Shown piece by piece: positions 7,291 to 15,848 of a DNA stretch of 35,616 nt. Source of the DNA: an uncultured Gammaproteobacteria bacterium (GTDB lineage: Bacteria; Patescibacteriota; Patescibacteriia; 2-12-FULL-60-25); contig CAYIQM010000002.1 of NCBI GenBank assembly GCA_964365615.1, positions 1 to 35,616 of the forward strand, written 5' to 3'. The notes below the pieces were generated by a model, which did no database searches, was not told the origin of the DNA, and saw only the letters and a program-made list of their open reading frames with translations. The position numbers and the translations under genes were made by a program. Each line of letters opens with the position of its first letter. Position 1 is the stretch's first letter.

Positions 7291-9492
7291 ATGGATCCTC
7301 AAAAAGAATATTCGATCGAATGGGGCGGGCGCACGCTCACGATTGGCGTGGGCCAGCTTGCCCAACAAGCGAATGGCTCGTGCACGGTCCGCTACGGCGA
7401 CACGGTCGTCCTCTGCACCGCGACGCTCGGCAACGAGCGCGAAGGCGCGGACTTTTTTCCGCTCGCCGTGGATTTTGAAGAACGAATGTACGCGGCGGGT
7501 CGCATCAAAGGATCCCGCTTCATCAAACGAGAGGGCCGTCCGACGGACGAAGCGATTTTGTCCGGACGTTTGATTGACCGCGCGATCCGTCCCCTCTTTC
7601 CGGATGGATTACACAATGAAGTCGCGGTCGTCGCGACCGTCTTTTCGCATGACCAGGAAAATGACGCGGACGTGCCCGGGCTCATCGGCGCGTCTTGCGC
7701 GCTTCTGCTTTCAAATATTCCGTGGAACGGCCCCATCGCGGCCGTGCGCATTGGTCAGAAAGATGGTGCCTTCACACTCATGCCAACATACGCGGAAGTG
7801 AACGGGGGCGGCCTTGATCTCATCGTCGCTGGGACGCATAACAAAACGATCATGATCGAGGCGGGAGCGAACATCGTATCCGAGGACAAGATGCTCGAGG
7901 CAATGAAATTCGCGCATGAAAATCTTGAACCGGTGATCACGCTCATCGAGAAGGTCGCGAAAGAGAACGGGAAGAAAAAAATCGATCCGATGGCTCCAAA
8001 AAGCGAAGAGGACGCCGCGAAAAACGAAGAGGTCGCACAGATCCACGCAAAAGTGCTCGCGTTTCTCCACGAACACACGGCAACGCTTTTTTCGGAACCG
8101 CTCAAAACGAAGGCGGACCGCAAGGCCGCGGTCGTGCGACTCAAAGCGGAACTTGGAAGCCATCTCGCGGAGCTTGGGATTGGCAAAGACAACCGCAAAA
8201 AAGCCGAGGACGTCGTTGACGCGTTCATCGAATCGGAAATCACGCGACAGATTCTCGAAGATGGGGAGCGTGCGGACGGCCGGGCGATCGACGAGATTCG
8301 CGAGCTTGGCTGCGTCGTGAACGTGATGCCGCGCACGCACGGCTCTGGATTGTTTCAGCGCGGCGGAACACAAGTGCTTTCATCCGTTACCTTGGGATCT
8401 CCGGGCATGGAACAAACGCTGGATACGATGGAGTTCCAAGCAAAAAAGCGCTTCTTTCATCATTACAACTTTCCGAGCTACTCGGTCGGTGAAACGCGCG
8501 GAAATCGCGGCCCCGGACGCCGCGAGATCGGACATGGCGCGCTTGCGGAACGCGCGCTTTTGCCCGTGCTTCCGTCGCGCGAGGCATTCCCGTACACAAT
8601 CCGCGTCGTCTCCGAGGTTCTCGGATCGAACGGCTCGAGTTCCATGGGAGCGACGTGCGGTTCGACGCTCGCGTTGATGGATGCGGGCGTGCCGTTGTCT
8701 GCACCGGTCGCCGGAGTCGCCATGGGGCTCGCTTCTGACGAAAAAGCTCAAAAATACCGCGTCATTACGGATCTGCAAGACTTGGAAGACGGCGCGGGCG
8801 GCATGGACTTTAAGATCGCGGGCACGCGCGATGGCATCACGGCGATTCAGATGGATACGAAGACGTCGGGATTGCCTTGGCAGGTTGTCGTGGAGACGTT
8901 GGCCCAGTCAAAACAGGCACGACTCCGGATTCTCGATGCGCTGCTCGGAGTGCTCCCGGCTCCGCGCATCGAACTTTCAAAATGGGCTCCGCGCATCGAA
9001 TCGTTCCGCATCAATCCAGAACGCATTCGCGACGTAATCGGCCCGGGAGGCAAAATCATCAACGAAATCATTGCGCATTGCAACGTCCAGATTGATATCG
9101 AAGATGACGGACTGGTTCTGATCACGTCCGTCAACCCGGATGGAATGCAAAAGGCCGTTGATTGGGTCAAGCAGCTCACGCGCGAAGTCGCGGTCGGGGA
9201 AATATTCATGGGGCCCGTGACGCGCGTTCTCGATTTCGGCGCGTTCGTCGAAATCCTGCCGAAGCAGGAAGGAATGGTTCATATCAGTGAATTGGCTCCG
9301 CAACGGGTCAATAAAGTGACGGACGTTGTGAGCGTCGGCGATCTCGTGAAGGTCAAGGTTATTGAAATTGATTCCATGGGCCGCTTGAACCTCTCGATCA
9401 AGCGCGCGAACCCAGAATACAAAGAGCAGCCGGGTGATGCCCGCCCGCTTCGATCCGGTCCGCCGCGTCATTCTCAAGGCCAACGGCGTTGA
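7291..9492 (+). CDS. pnp: Polyribonucleotide nucleotidyltransferase (PNPase)
   Basis: 733 aa. Two RNase PH-like halves (FDEERMYAAGRIKGSFIKREGRP-type segment, GSNGSSSMGATCGSTLALMDAGVP), then a KH region (IGPGGKIINEI) and an S1 region (GMVHISEL) at the C-terminus. Confidence 0.97.
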   Translation: MDPQKEYSIEWGGRTLTIGVGQLAQQANGSCTVRYGDTVVLCTATLGNEREGADFFPLAVDFEERMYAAGRIKGSRFIKREGRPTDEAILSGRLIDRAIRPLFPDGLHNEVAVVATVFSHDQENDADVPGLIGASCALLLSNIPWNGPIAAVRIGQKDGAFTLMPTYAEVNGGGLDLIVAGTHNKTIMIEAGANIVSEDKMLEAMKFAHENLEPVITLIEKVAKENGKKKIDPMAPKSEEDAAKNEEVAQIHAKVLAFLHEHTATLFSEPLKTKADRKAAVVRLKAELGSHLAELGIGKDNRKKAEDVVDAFIESEITRQILEDGERADGRAIDEIRELGCVVNVMPRTHGSGLFQRGGTQVLSSVTLGSPGMEQTLDTMEFQAKKRFFHHYNFPSYSVGETRGNRGPGRREIGHGALAERALLPVLPSREAFPYTIRVVSEVLGSNGSSSMGATCGSTLALMDAGVPLSAPVAGVAMGLASDEKAQKYRVITDLQDLEDGAGGMDFKIAGTRDGITAIQMDTKTSGLPWQVVVETLAQSKQARLRILDALLGVLPAPRIELSKWAPRIESFRINPERIRDVIGPGGKIINEIIAHCNVQIDIEDDGLVLITSVNPDGMQKAVDWVKQLTREVAVGEIFMGPVTRVLDFGAFVEILPKQEGMVHISELAPQRVNKVTDVVSVGDLVKVKVIEIDSMGRLNLSIKRANPEYKEQPGDARPLRSGPPRHSQGQRR

Positions 9493-9499
9493 ACAAAAA

Positions 9500-10576
9500 A
9501 TGGATCCGATCAATCCCATCTTTGCGTTTGGCCTCACCCCTCCCATCTCCTTCCGACGCAAACTGCTGCTCCTCTTGGCCTCTCTGGCCTCCGTATCTGT
9601 CATCGCCTTCATCCTCATCGGAAAAACGACGGTCTCCGTTCCCGAGCGCGTGGTTCTGATTGCCGCGATTCGCGGCGGTACGCCTCTCCCAAACGGGTTG
9701 CCACGCACGTGGATGTCTGTCAAAGAACACAAAAGGTTTCCAAGCCTCGTGGGGCTTGCGTTACAGGACAAACGTCTCGTCCCATTTGCCTTCCACCCCG
9801 GCCAACAGGGTCTGCTGACGTTCGAAAGTGAAATCCCAATCTCGCGACCGTCGCGCATGCCCCTCGCACAGATTCTCTGGCTCCTCGGGCACACGATTGT
9901 CGCGCATGGATATCTTCAACTGGATGGCAGCCATTTTGATGAGCGACTTGCGTTTCATCTCGCTGGCCCGATAGATCGGTCCGGCACATGGAGAACAGAT
10001 GCAAGGCTCTCCCCTGCTCCGTCTCAAGCTCTTCCATCACACGAAGTCGCGATCAATCTCGACGCGCTCCCGGATGCATGGCCGCTCATACAATCCGTCA
10101 CTCGCGAGGAAGGTTTCCTGTTGGATGAGAGCGAGCGTCCCGCGTTGTTCGGTTGGACATCCGCATCAAGCTCCATCCCGATCGTCGAGCTTCATTTCAC
10201 AACGAAGCCTTCGGCAACGACAACGCTCGCGTTTGCATCCGCCGCAGGACTCTCCGAATCCGTGCGTACAAAACTCCCGGATGATGTCGTTGTCGAAGAG
10301 CTTCACAAGCCAACATTTGTTCTTCAGACAACATCTCCCGTCCTCATAGCTCTCGAATCCGGCCTTCAGCTTTCCATTACGAATCAAACGCTTGCAACCG
10401 TCTCGTCAGAGAAAATATCACCTGTTTCTCCTTGTGACGCTCGCGGACGACCCATCCTTCACATTTCCGGCTCTGCTCTTCAATCCCTTTTTCGTACTTT
10501 TCAGCTTCCCGAGCTTTTATTTCGACTCTTTGAGGCTCGTGAAGTTAGTGGAAAAATAGAGTTTTCAATCTGTTAA
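9500..10576 (+). CDS. Hypothetical single-pass membrane protein
   Basis: ORF 9434..10576 trimmed to the ATG at 9500, just after the pnp stop. N-terminal TM segment LLLLLASLASVSVIAFILIG. No known motif. Confidence 0.6.
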   Translation: MDPINPIFAFGLTPPISFRRKLLLLLASLASVSVIAFILIGKTTVSVPERVVLIAAIRGGTPLPNGLPRTWMSVKEHKRFPSLVGLALQDKRLVPFAFHPGQQGLLTFESEIPISRPSRMPLAQILWLLGHTIVAHGYLQLDGSHFDERLAFHLAGPIDRSGTWRTDARLSPAPSQALPSHEVAINLDALPDAWPLIQSVTREEGFLLDESERPALFGWTSASSSIPIVELHFTTKPSATTTLAFASAAGLSESVRTKLPDDVVVEELHKPTFVLQTTSPVLIALESGLQLSITNQTLATVSSEKISPVSPCDARGRPILHISGSALQSLFRTFQLPELLFRLFEAREVSGKIEFSIC

Positions 10577-10580
10577 CAGA

Positions 10581-10606
10581 TTATCCACAGGGTATCCAAA
10601 TGGATA
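10581..10606. promoter_or_regulatory. Perfect DnaA box plus inverted pair of half-boxes
   Basis: ttatccaca (10581-10589), then tatcca-aa-tggata (10593-10606), followed by an AT-rich stretch at 10615-10660. Confidence 0.4.
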
Positions 10607-10941
10607 TCCTCCAATCATTTAACGTTTTTTCTCTCATTTAAGCAAAAATTTGGCTTATTGACATCAGATTGTTCAGAATTCAAAAAAAAGATATAGTGTA
10701 TAAGGTACCTTCCTCTATTCTCTGCAGCAGTCTGCGGAAACCGCGGCTGCATTTGCTCATTGCGAATCCCGAAAACGGGAAGATCATCTCACAAGCACCT
10801 TCCTGACGATACGGATGGGTCTCCATGCAAGTCAAAATCGTATGGGAACCCGTTCCAAGCGCCGACTCAATCCCGATCCCGATGAACATCGGAATCAGAG
10901 AAACCAAAAAGAAAAGAAAAAAACACCATAGGCATCCCTAC

Positions 10942-11220
10942 TCATATGAGCCCTCGGGCTCGTCGAGGCCATGCCAGGATTCGGTCGGAGCCTCGTCCCT
11001 TCGTACTGACCCAGACACCGACGTGTTCGAAATCGTCTCCTTGAGCCTCGCGGTGAATCGCAGGCAAAGCCGTGACGGTTTCAACCTTCGAGCCTTCGAA
11101 CAGTGTCTCGGCCAAGAGGCCGCGACCCACATTTGCCACTATGCATTTCGGGGTGTCCGCGGCCTCTTCTTTAATGAGGGCTTCTGAAAAACACGATCTG
11201 GTTGACGATTTTTTGATCAC
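10942..11220 (-). CDS. Possible hypothetical protein (92 aa); start uncertain
   Basis: Minus frame has G-rich first codon positions, about 63% GC3 (hand count of 60 codons) and an ordinary A/E/G/V/K composition. Only GTG starts (11220 or 11139) avoid overlap with dksA. No family recognised. Confidence 0.3.
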   Translation of the reverse strand: MIKKSSTRSCFSEALIKEEAADTPKCIVANVGRGLLAETLFEGSKVETVTALPAIHREAQGDDFEHVGVWVSTKGRGSDRILAWPRRARGLI

Positions 11221-11247
11221 ACGATACCCTTTCTGCACTATTTTTCT

Positions 11248-11622
11248 ATGACGCCAGAAAAGCTTGAATACTTCAAAGAGCGGCTGCAGGACGAACAGGA
11301 ACGGCTTGTCCAAGAGCTCCGCGATCTCGGCCACGAGGACCCTCACCACGCCGGCCATTTTGAAGCAAACTATCCGGAAACGGGCGGGGACTCGGAAGAT
11401 GATAATGCCCAAGAAGTCGCAGAGTATGCGGATGAACTCTCGATTGAAGCGCGCGCCGAATCGGAATTAAAAGATGTAGAAAAGGCGCTCGCAACAATTG
11501 AAAAAGGTACATACGGAATTTGCAAATACTGCAGCAAAGAAATTGACGAGAAGCGACTGGAAGCGCGCCCCGCCTCTTCGAGCTGCATTGAATGTAAGAA
11601 AATTTTGACGCAAGAGATGTGA
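11248..11622 (+). CDS. DksA/TraR-family C4 zinc-finger protein
   Basis: Coiled-coil N-terminal region, then CKYCSKEI...SSCIECKK (CxxC-x17-CxxC). Confidence 0.85.
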   Translation: MTPEKLEYFKERLQDEQERLVQELRDLGHEDPHHAGHFEANYPETGGDSEDDNAQEVAEYADELSIEARAESELKDVEKALATIEKGTYGICKYCSKEIDEKRLEARPASSSCIECKKILTQEM

Positions 11623-12089
11623 CGCGCCGCGCGTTCGCCGTCCTCTTGATTGTCTGTGCGACCTTCGCAGGTGATCGCGTGACGAAACTCTTTTTTTTCA
11701 ATGAACCGACACACCGAATTCTTCCGGGGATCATTGAGACGACGCGGCATCGAAATTTTGGCCTTGTCGCGAACCTCCCCGTGCCGTCGTGGATCATCAT
11801 TTCGTTGACGATGATCGTCCTCGCCGGTATCGGATGGAAACTCATTGATGGACTTCGGCGCCAGGCGATCTACGATCTACGAGCTACGAGCTACGCTCTT
11901 TCTCTCATCACCGGCGGCGCGCTCGGCAATCTCTTTGACCGTCTCACCATGGGATATGTATTCGATTGGATTTGGATTTTGCACCGCTCCGTGATCAATG
12001 TCGCAGATATTGCGATTGGAGCGGGGATTGTGTGGTGGATCATCGAATCAAAAAACGGATTACGACCGCACTTCACAACCCCCCCTTGA
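11619..12089 (+). CDS. lspA: Lipoprotein signal peptidase II
   Basis: GGALGNLFDR, GYVFDWI and NVADIAIGAGIV match LspA conserved boxes. GTG start overlaps the dksA-like stop. Confidence 0.85.
   Translation: MTRRAFAVLLIVCATFAGDRVTKLFFFNEPTHRILPGIIETTRHRNFGLVANLPVPSWIIISLTMIVLAGIGWKLIDGLRRQAIYDLRATSYALSLITGGALGNLFDRLTMGYVFDWIWILHRSVINVADIAIGAGIVWWIIESKNGLRPHFTTPP
11868..11895 (+). repeat. Four tandem heptamers inside lspA
   Basis: atctacg atctacg agctacg agctacg (11868-11895). Confidence 0.85.
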
Positions 12090-12130
12090 CGATCTACCTT
12101 GAATGGTGCAGCGGTATATAGGGGAGACCT

Positions 12131-13648
12131 ATGTCTGCAAAGATTTTGACGTCAACGATCGTCGGCCTCGATGCGCATCTCGTGGAGGTCGAGGCGGATA
12201 TTTCCGCTGGGCTTGGCGCGTTTACGATCGTCGGCCTTCCCGACACTGCGGTTCAAGAAGCGCGTGAACGCGTGAAAGGCGCGATGCGCCACGCGAACCT
12301 CTCCTTCCCGCGTACGCGCGTCACGATCAATCTTGCGCCCGCGGATCTCAAAAAAACGGGGACCGGATTTGATCTGCCGATCGCGATCGCTGTCCTGACC
12401 GTCGCTGGGGAACTTGCGCCAACGGATCCGAAACAACGTCTTCTTGTCGGCGAACTCGCGCTCGATGGCCACCTTCGCAGCGTACCTGGCGTGCTTTCGA
12501 CTGCGCTTCTTGCTGCGGAGCTCGGAATCCGCGAACTCCTGGTTCCGCTCTGCAATGCCGAAGAGGCCGCGCTCGTCCCTGGGCTCGTTGTCCGCGGCGC
12601 AGACACGTTACAAGATGTCATGGATCATATTCGCGGGAACGTCGAGCTTGCTTCGATTCCACATCGAGAGATCGAGATCCCAGATGGCGTCACCGGACTC
12701 CCGGATATGAGCGCGATCCGCGGGCAGGAACACGCGAAACGCGCGATGGAAATCGCGGCGGCCGGCGGGCACAACATTCTGCTGCAAGGGCCGCCCGGTT
12801 CCGGCAAGACGCTTCTTGCGCGGTCGTTCCCCGGCATCTTGCCGCGCATGACGATTCGGGAGATTCTCGAAACCACACGAATCCATTCTGTTGCTGGCTT
12901 GCTTCCTCGAAACGGCACGGTCTCCGAGCGACCCTATCGCTCGCCGCACTCAAGCGCATCCGCTGTCGCGCTCGTCGGAGGCGGATCAACCCCAAAGCCA
13001 GGGGAAGTTTCGCTCGCGCACCGCGGTGTTCTATTTCTTGATGAATTTCCGGAATTCCCTCGAAACGCGCTCGAAAATCTCCGCCAGCCGCTTGAGGACG
13101 GATGCGTCACAATCTCGCGCGCTCAAAACACGCTCACCTTTCCTGCGCGATTCTTGCTTGTCGCGGCCATGAATCCGTGTCCGTGCGGATACGCGACGGA
13201 TCCCGAACGCGCATGCACCTGCACGGCGATTCAGATTCAGCGATACAAAAAACGACTTTCCGGACCGCTCCTCGATCGCATAGATCTTTCGATCGAAGTT
13301 CCGAAGGTCCCGACCCAAAAACTGACGGATCTTGCTCCCGGCGAACCGTCGAAGGAGATTCGAGCGCGCGTTCAAGCTGCGCGCGACCGGCAAATCGAGC
13401 GATATCGCGATCTCCGGATCGTCACGAACGCGGAACTCTCGAGCGACCGCGTGCGAAAACTTGTCGTGCCTCGGCCGGATGCGCGCGCATTTCTCGAACA
13501 GGCAATCGAGCGGTTCCGCCTTTCGGCACGCGCGTATTTCCGAATCCTTAAAGTAAGCCGCACGATCGCGGATCTGATAGAAGCGGAGGACGTCGAGCTT
13601 CCGCACATCGCCGAGGCATTGCAGTACCGCCAAATCGGGGATGTATGA
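12131..13648 (+). CDS. comM: YifB/ComM-family Mg-chelatase-like AAA+ ATPase
   Basis: Lon-protease-like N-terminal part, Walker A GPPGSGKT, GVLFLDEFPEF, C-terminal ChlI-like region. 505 aa. Confidence 0.92.
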   Translation: MSAKILTSTIVGLDAHLVEVEADISAGLGAFTIVGLPDTAVQEARERVKGAMRHANLSFPRTRVTINLAPADLKKTGTGFDLPIAIAVLTVAGELAPTDPKQRLLVGELALDGHLRSVPGVLSTALLAAELGIRELLVPLCNAEEAALVPGLVVRGADTLQDVMDHIRGNVELASIPHREIEIPDGVTGLPDMSAIRGQEHAKRAMEIAAAGGHNILLQGPPGSGKTLLARSFPGILPRMTIREILETTRIHSVAGLLPRNGTVSERPYRSPHSSASAVALVGGGSTPKPGEVSLAHRGVLFLDEFPEFPRNALENLRQPLEDGCVTISRAQNTLTFPARFLLVAAMNPCPCGYATDPERACTCTAIQIQRYKKRLSGPLLDRIDLSIEVPKVPTQKLTDLAPGEPSKEIRARVQAARDRQIERYRDLRIVTNAELSSDRVRKLVVPRPDARAFLEQAIERFRLSARAYFRILKVSRTIADLIEAEDVELPHIAEALQYRQIGDV

Positions 13649-13768
13649 AAAAATGAAGTACGAATGAGGTCTGTGCTGAAATTTTTTCAAAACAAAGAGC
13701 CCATCCATGACAACAGGGCGATCTCGTCACAACGCGTGACGGGCTCTCTGTTCGCCGGATGGGCGAGT

Positions 13769-14131
13769 TCAGCGACTGACGCTCGGCCGCGGGGCGGCCG
13801 TCGCCGGGTGTCGCAAGTTGTGGATGGCCGAAGCGACCACGGTCACGAGACCGTGGCCGGTGTAGAAGATGAACGATGTACAGATCAAGACCCACGGGAT
13901 ATCGCGGGGGTCGAGATCGTGGGAGGTGGTGCGGATTGCCAACATCAGCGTCAACGGCGTTAGAACGCATCCGATACCAGCGAGCAGGCGGTCGCGCTTG
14001 AGCATCCGTCCGGGGATATGCTCTTTGGTGAACTTGATGTAGTCCCATACTTCCGCGAACGGCACGGACATCAAGGCGACGAGAAAGACGATCAGCAGAG
14101 TCACCACATACAGCAGGATCGTGAGGGCCAT
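13769..14131 (-). CDS. Hypothetical membrane protein (about 120 aa)
   Basis: ORF 13769..14221 trimmed to MALTILLYVVTLLIVFLVALM (an alternative ATG lies at 14149). 3-4 hydrophobic segments. The competing ORF 13548..14162 is Arg-rich and looks like a shadow frame. Confidence 0.45.
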   Translation of the reverse strand: MALTILLYVVTLLIVFLVALMSVPFAEVWDYIKFTKEHIPGRMLKRDRLLAGIGCVLTPLTLMLAIRTTSHDLDPRDIPWVLICTSFIFYTGHGLVTVVASAIHNLRHPATAAPRPSVSR

Positions 14132-14319
14132 GGCTTCCCCTACGCACATCCTCGTGAGGCACGCGGCTTGCGTGCGATCAGAGCATGTGGGGCTTGAAAG
14201 GAAAACGTGAATATTTTCCACTCAAGCCCTTGAGAACCGGGAAGAAAATCTGTCAGTAAAAAGGACGCAGCCTGCTTTTGACAAATCACTATATCAGAAA
14301 AACGCATTTTTGTCAATCC

Positions 14320-14348
14320 TTGACAGAAATCCCATAAATTGCTACAAT
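14320..14348 (+). promoter_or_regulatory. Sigma70-type promoter of the M23 peptidase gene
   Basis: TTGACA (14320-14325), 17-nt spacer, TACAAT (14343-14348). It lies inside the 5' end of track ORF 14339.., so the CDS start must be downstream. Confidence 0.65.
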
Positions 14349-14371
14349 GCCTTCGCCTAAATTATCCCTCT

Positions 14372-15736
14372 GTGAAGCGAAAAATCAAGCTTTTTGCCAC
14401 CGCGGCTGCTCTGCAGATTCTCCGATCCATTCGTCGTGCAGCCTGCGACTTTCCTCCTCTCTTTCGGGTGATTGGACGGCTTCTAGCTCCGTTCGGACGA
14501 CTCCTCATCCGTTGGATCGTCCTCCCCATCTATCGCCTCGGAGTCACGTTTCGTATTCGATGGAACCGACTCGCCTTGCCGGCCCGCGGTGCCCTCCTTT
14601 TTTTGATCACGAATCGGTATCTCCTTCACGCGACGCTCGGCACGCTCACCCTTGTCGTCGTTTTCACAAATATCCGCGGGATGCAGGCGCGCGCGCAGGA
14701 TATCGGACAAAAAAGCATCCTCTTTGCCATCGCATCCGAAGATCATACGGAAATCATCGAGGAAGAAGTGCGACCTGAATCGCCGCCGACCCATGTGAGC
14801 TATTTGAGTCACGCAACCGTGAATGGCATTCCGCACGTTGACTTTGACTACGATGAAAATGCAGATCCGCTCAAGCCATCTCTCTCGGTCCCGGGAACGA
14901 TCACCTCGCTCCCTCTAGAACGGCCCATCGAACGTCCACGCGTCCCGCGTGCGCACACCGAAACGTATCTCGTGCAGGAAAACGATACGATCAGCTCGAT
15001 CGCGGAGCGGTTTGGCGTGAATGTCGGAACGATTCTCTGGAACAACCGTCTCACCGAGCGTCAATATATCCGGCCGGGTGACAAGCTCACGATCCCGCCC
15101 GTTTCGGGGATGATCGCCACCGTGAAATCTGGAGATACGCTCTCGAAAATCGCGAAACGGTTTGGTGGTGACGAGGATGAAATTGCAAACCTAAACGCTC
15201 TCACGCCGGATGCTCGCCTCGCGATTGGGATGGAGCTGATCATCCCGGGCGGACGGCCACCGGACATCGAACGGACGCGCACGCAAATCGCCTCCCATCC
15301 CGAACTCCCTCCAGTGCATCTTCCGTTTGTGCAGACGCCGAAGCCTGCGGATCTGGACGTGCGCAATCTTCCGGCAGAGCGACTTCTGTGGCCCACCACC
15401 ACCCATCTCATCACCCAGTATTACGGTTGGCGACATACGGGATTGGATATTGAAGGCGACTACACGTCCCCGATCTACGCGGCTACGGATGGCGTCATAG
15501 AGAGAGCTGGATGGAATGCGAGCGGCTATGGACTCATGATTCTGATCGACCATCCGAATGGCCTCAAAACGCGCTATGCGCATGCGTCGAAACTGTTTGT
15601 AAAATCCGGCGACACGGTGACCCGCGGCCAAGTCATCGCGATGATTGGCACAACGGGACGCTCGACCGGTACGCACCTCCACTTCGAAGTCTACACAAAC
15701 GAACGGCGTCGGAATCCGTTGTCGTATATTCGGTGA
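14372..15736 (+). CDS. LysM-domain M23 family metallopeptidase (peptidoglycan endopeptidase)
   Basis: Two LysM repeats (YLVQENDTISSIAERFGV, ATVKSGDTLSKIAKRFGG). M23 core: GLDIEGDYTSPIYAATDG...YAHASK...GTTGRSTGTHLHFEV. The GTG at 14372 is the first start after the promoter. Confidence 0.88.
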   Translation: MKRKIKLFATAAALQILRSIRRAACDFPPLFRVIGRLLAPFGRLLIRWIVLPIYRLGVTFRIRWNRLALPARGALLFLITNRYLLHATLGTLTLVVVFTNIRGMQARAQDIGQKSILFAIASEDHTEIIEEEVRPESPPTHVSYLSHATVNGIPHVDFDYDENADPLKPSLSVPGTITSLPLERPIERPRVPRAHTETYLVQENDTISSIAERFGVNVGTILWNNRLTERQYIRPGDKLTIPPVSGMIATVKSGDTLSKIAKRFGGDEDEIANLNALTPDARLAIGMELIIPGGRPPDIERTRTQIASHPELPPVHLPFVQTPKPADLDVRNLPAERLLWPTTTHLITQYYGWRHTGLDIEGDYTSPIYAATDGVIERAGWNASGYGLMILIDHPNGLKTRYAHASKLFVKSGDTVTRGQVIAMIGTTGRSTGTHLHFEVYTNERRRNPLSYIR

Positions 15737-15807
15737 GAATTTCATCTTTTCATCCCCTGTCGTGGGATCGGGCGACGGAATACAAACCCTGATCGTTAAC
15801 GGCCGCA

Positions 15808-15836
15808 TTGACGCCTTCCCAAATCCACAGTACGAT
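15808..15836 (+). promoter_or_regulatory. Sigma70-type promoter of tig
   Basis: TTGACG (15808-15813), 17-nt spacer, TACGAT (15831-15836). The start codon begins 12 nt after the -10. Confidence 0.55.
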
Positions 15837-15848
15837 CGGCCGACATCT

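Noticed and set aside
7392-9894. Long antisense or off-frame ORFs inside pnp (for example 7711..8373, 7755..8336, 8977..9894). Similar ORFs occur inside the M23/tig genes (15191..16105, 16005..16691), comM (13031..13708), copA and the PBP gene.
   Set aside because: These are shadow ORFs typical of GC-rich coding DNA. They have Arg/Ser/Pro-rich products and fully overlap confidently identified genes.
10942-10944. Possibility of TGA recoding (code 25/4) or read-through linking the two minus-strand ORFs around 10907-10944.
   Set aside because: TGA clearly terminates pnp, hepT and other well-defined genes here, and the two ORFs are in different frames.
10825-11187. 120-aa + strand ORF downstream of the promoter at 10669-10697.
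   Set aside because: S/R/P/H-rich composition with a KKKRKKHHRH stretch looks like the antisense of the more protein-like minus frame. It is kept only as an alternative in the finding for 10700-11247.
13548-14162. 204-aa minus-strand ORF overlapping the end of comM.
   Set aside because: Very Arg/Pro-rich. It overlaps comM by 100 nt and competes with a frame that encodes clear TM helices (13769..14131).
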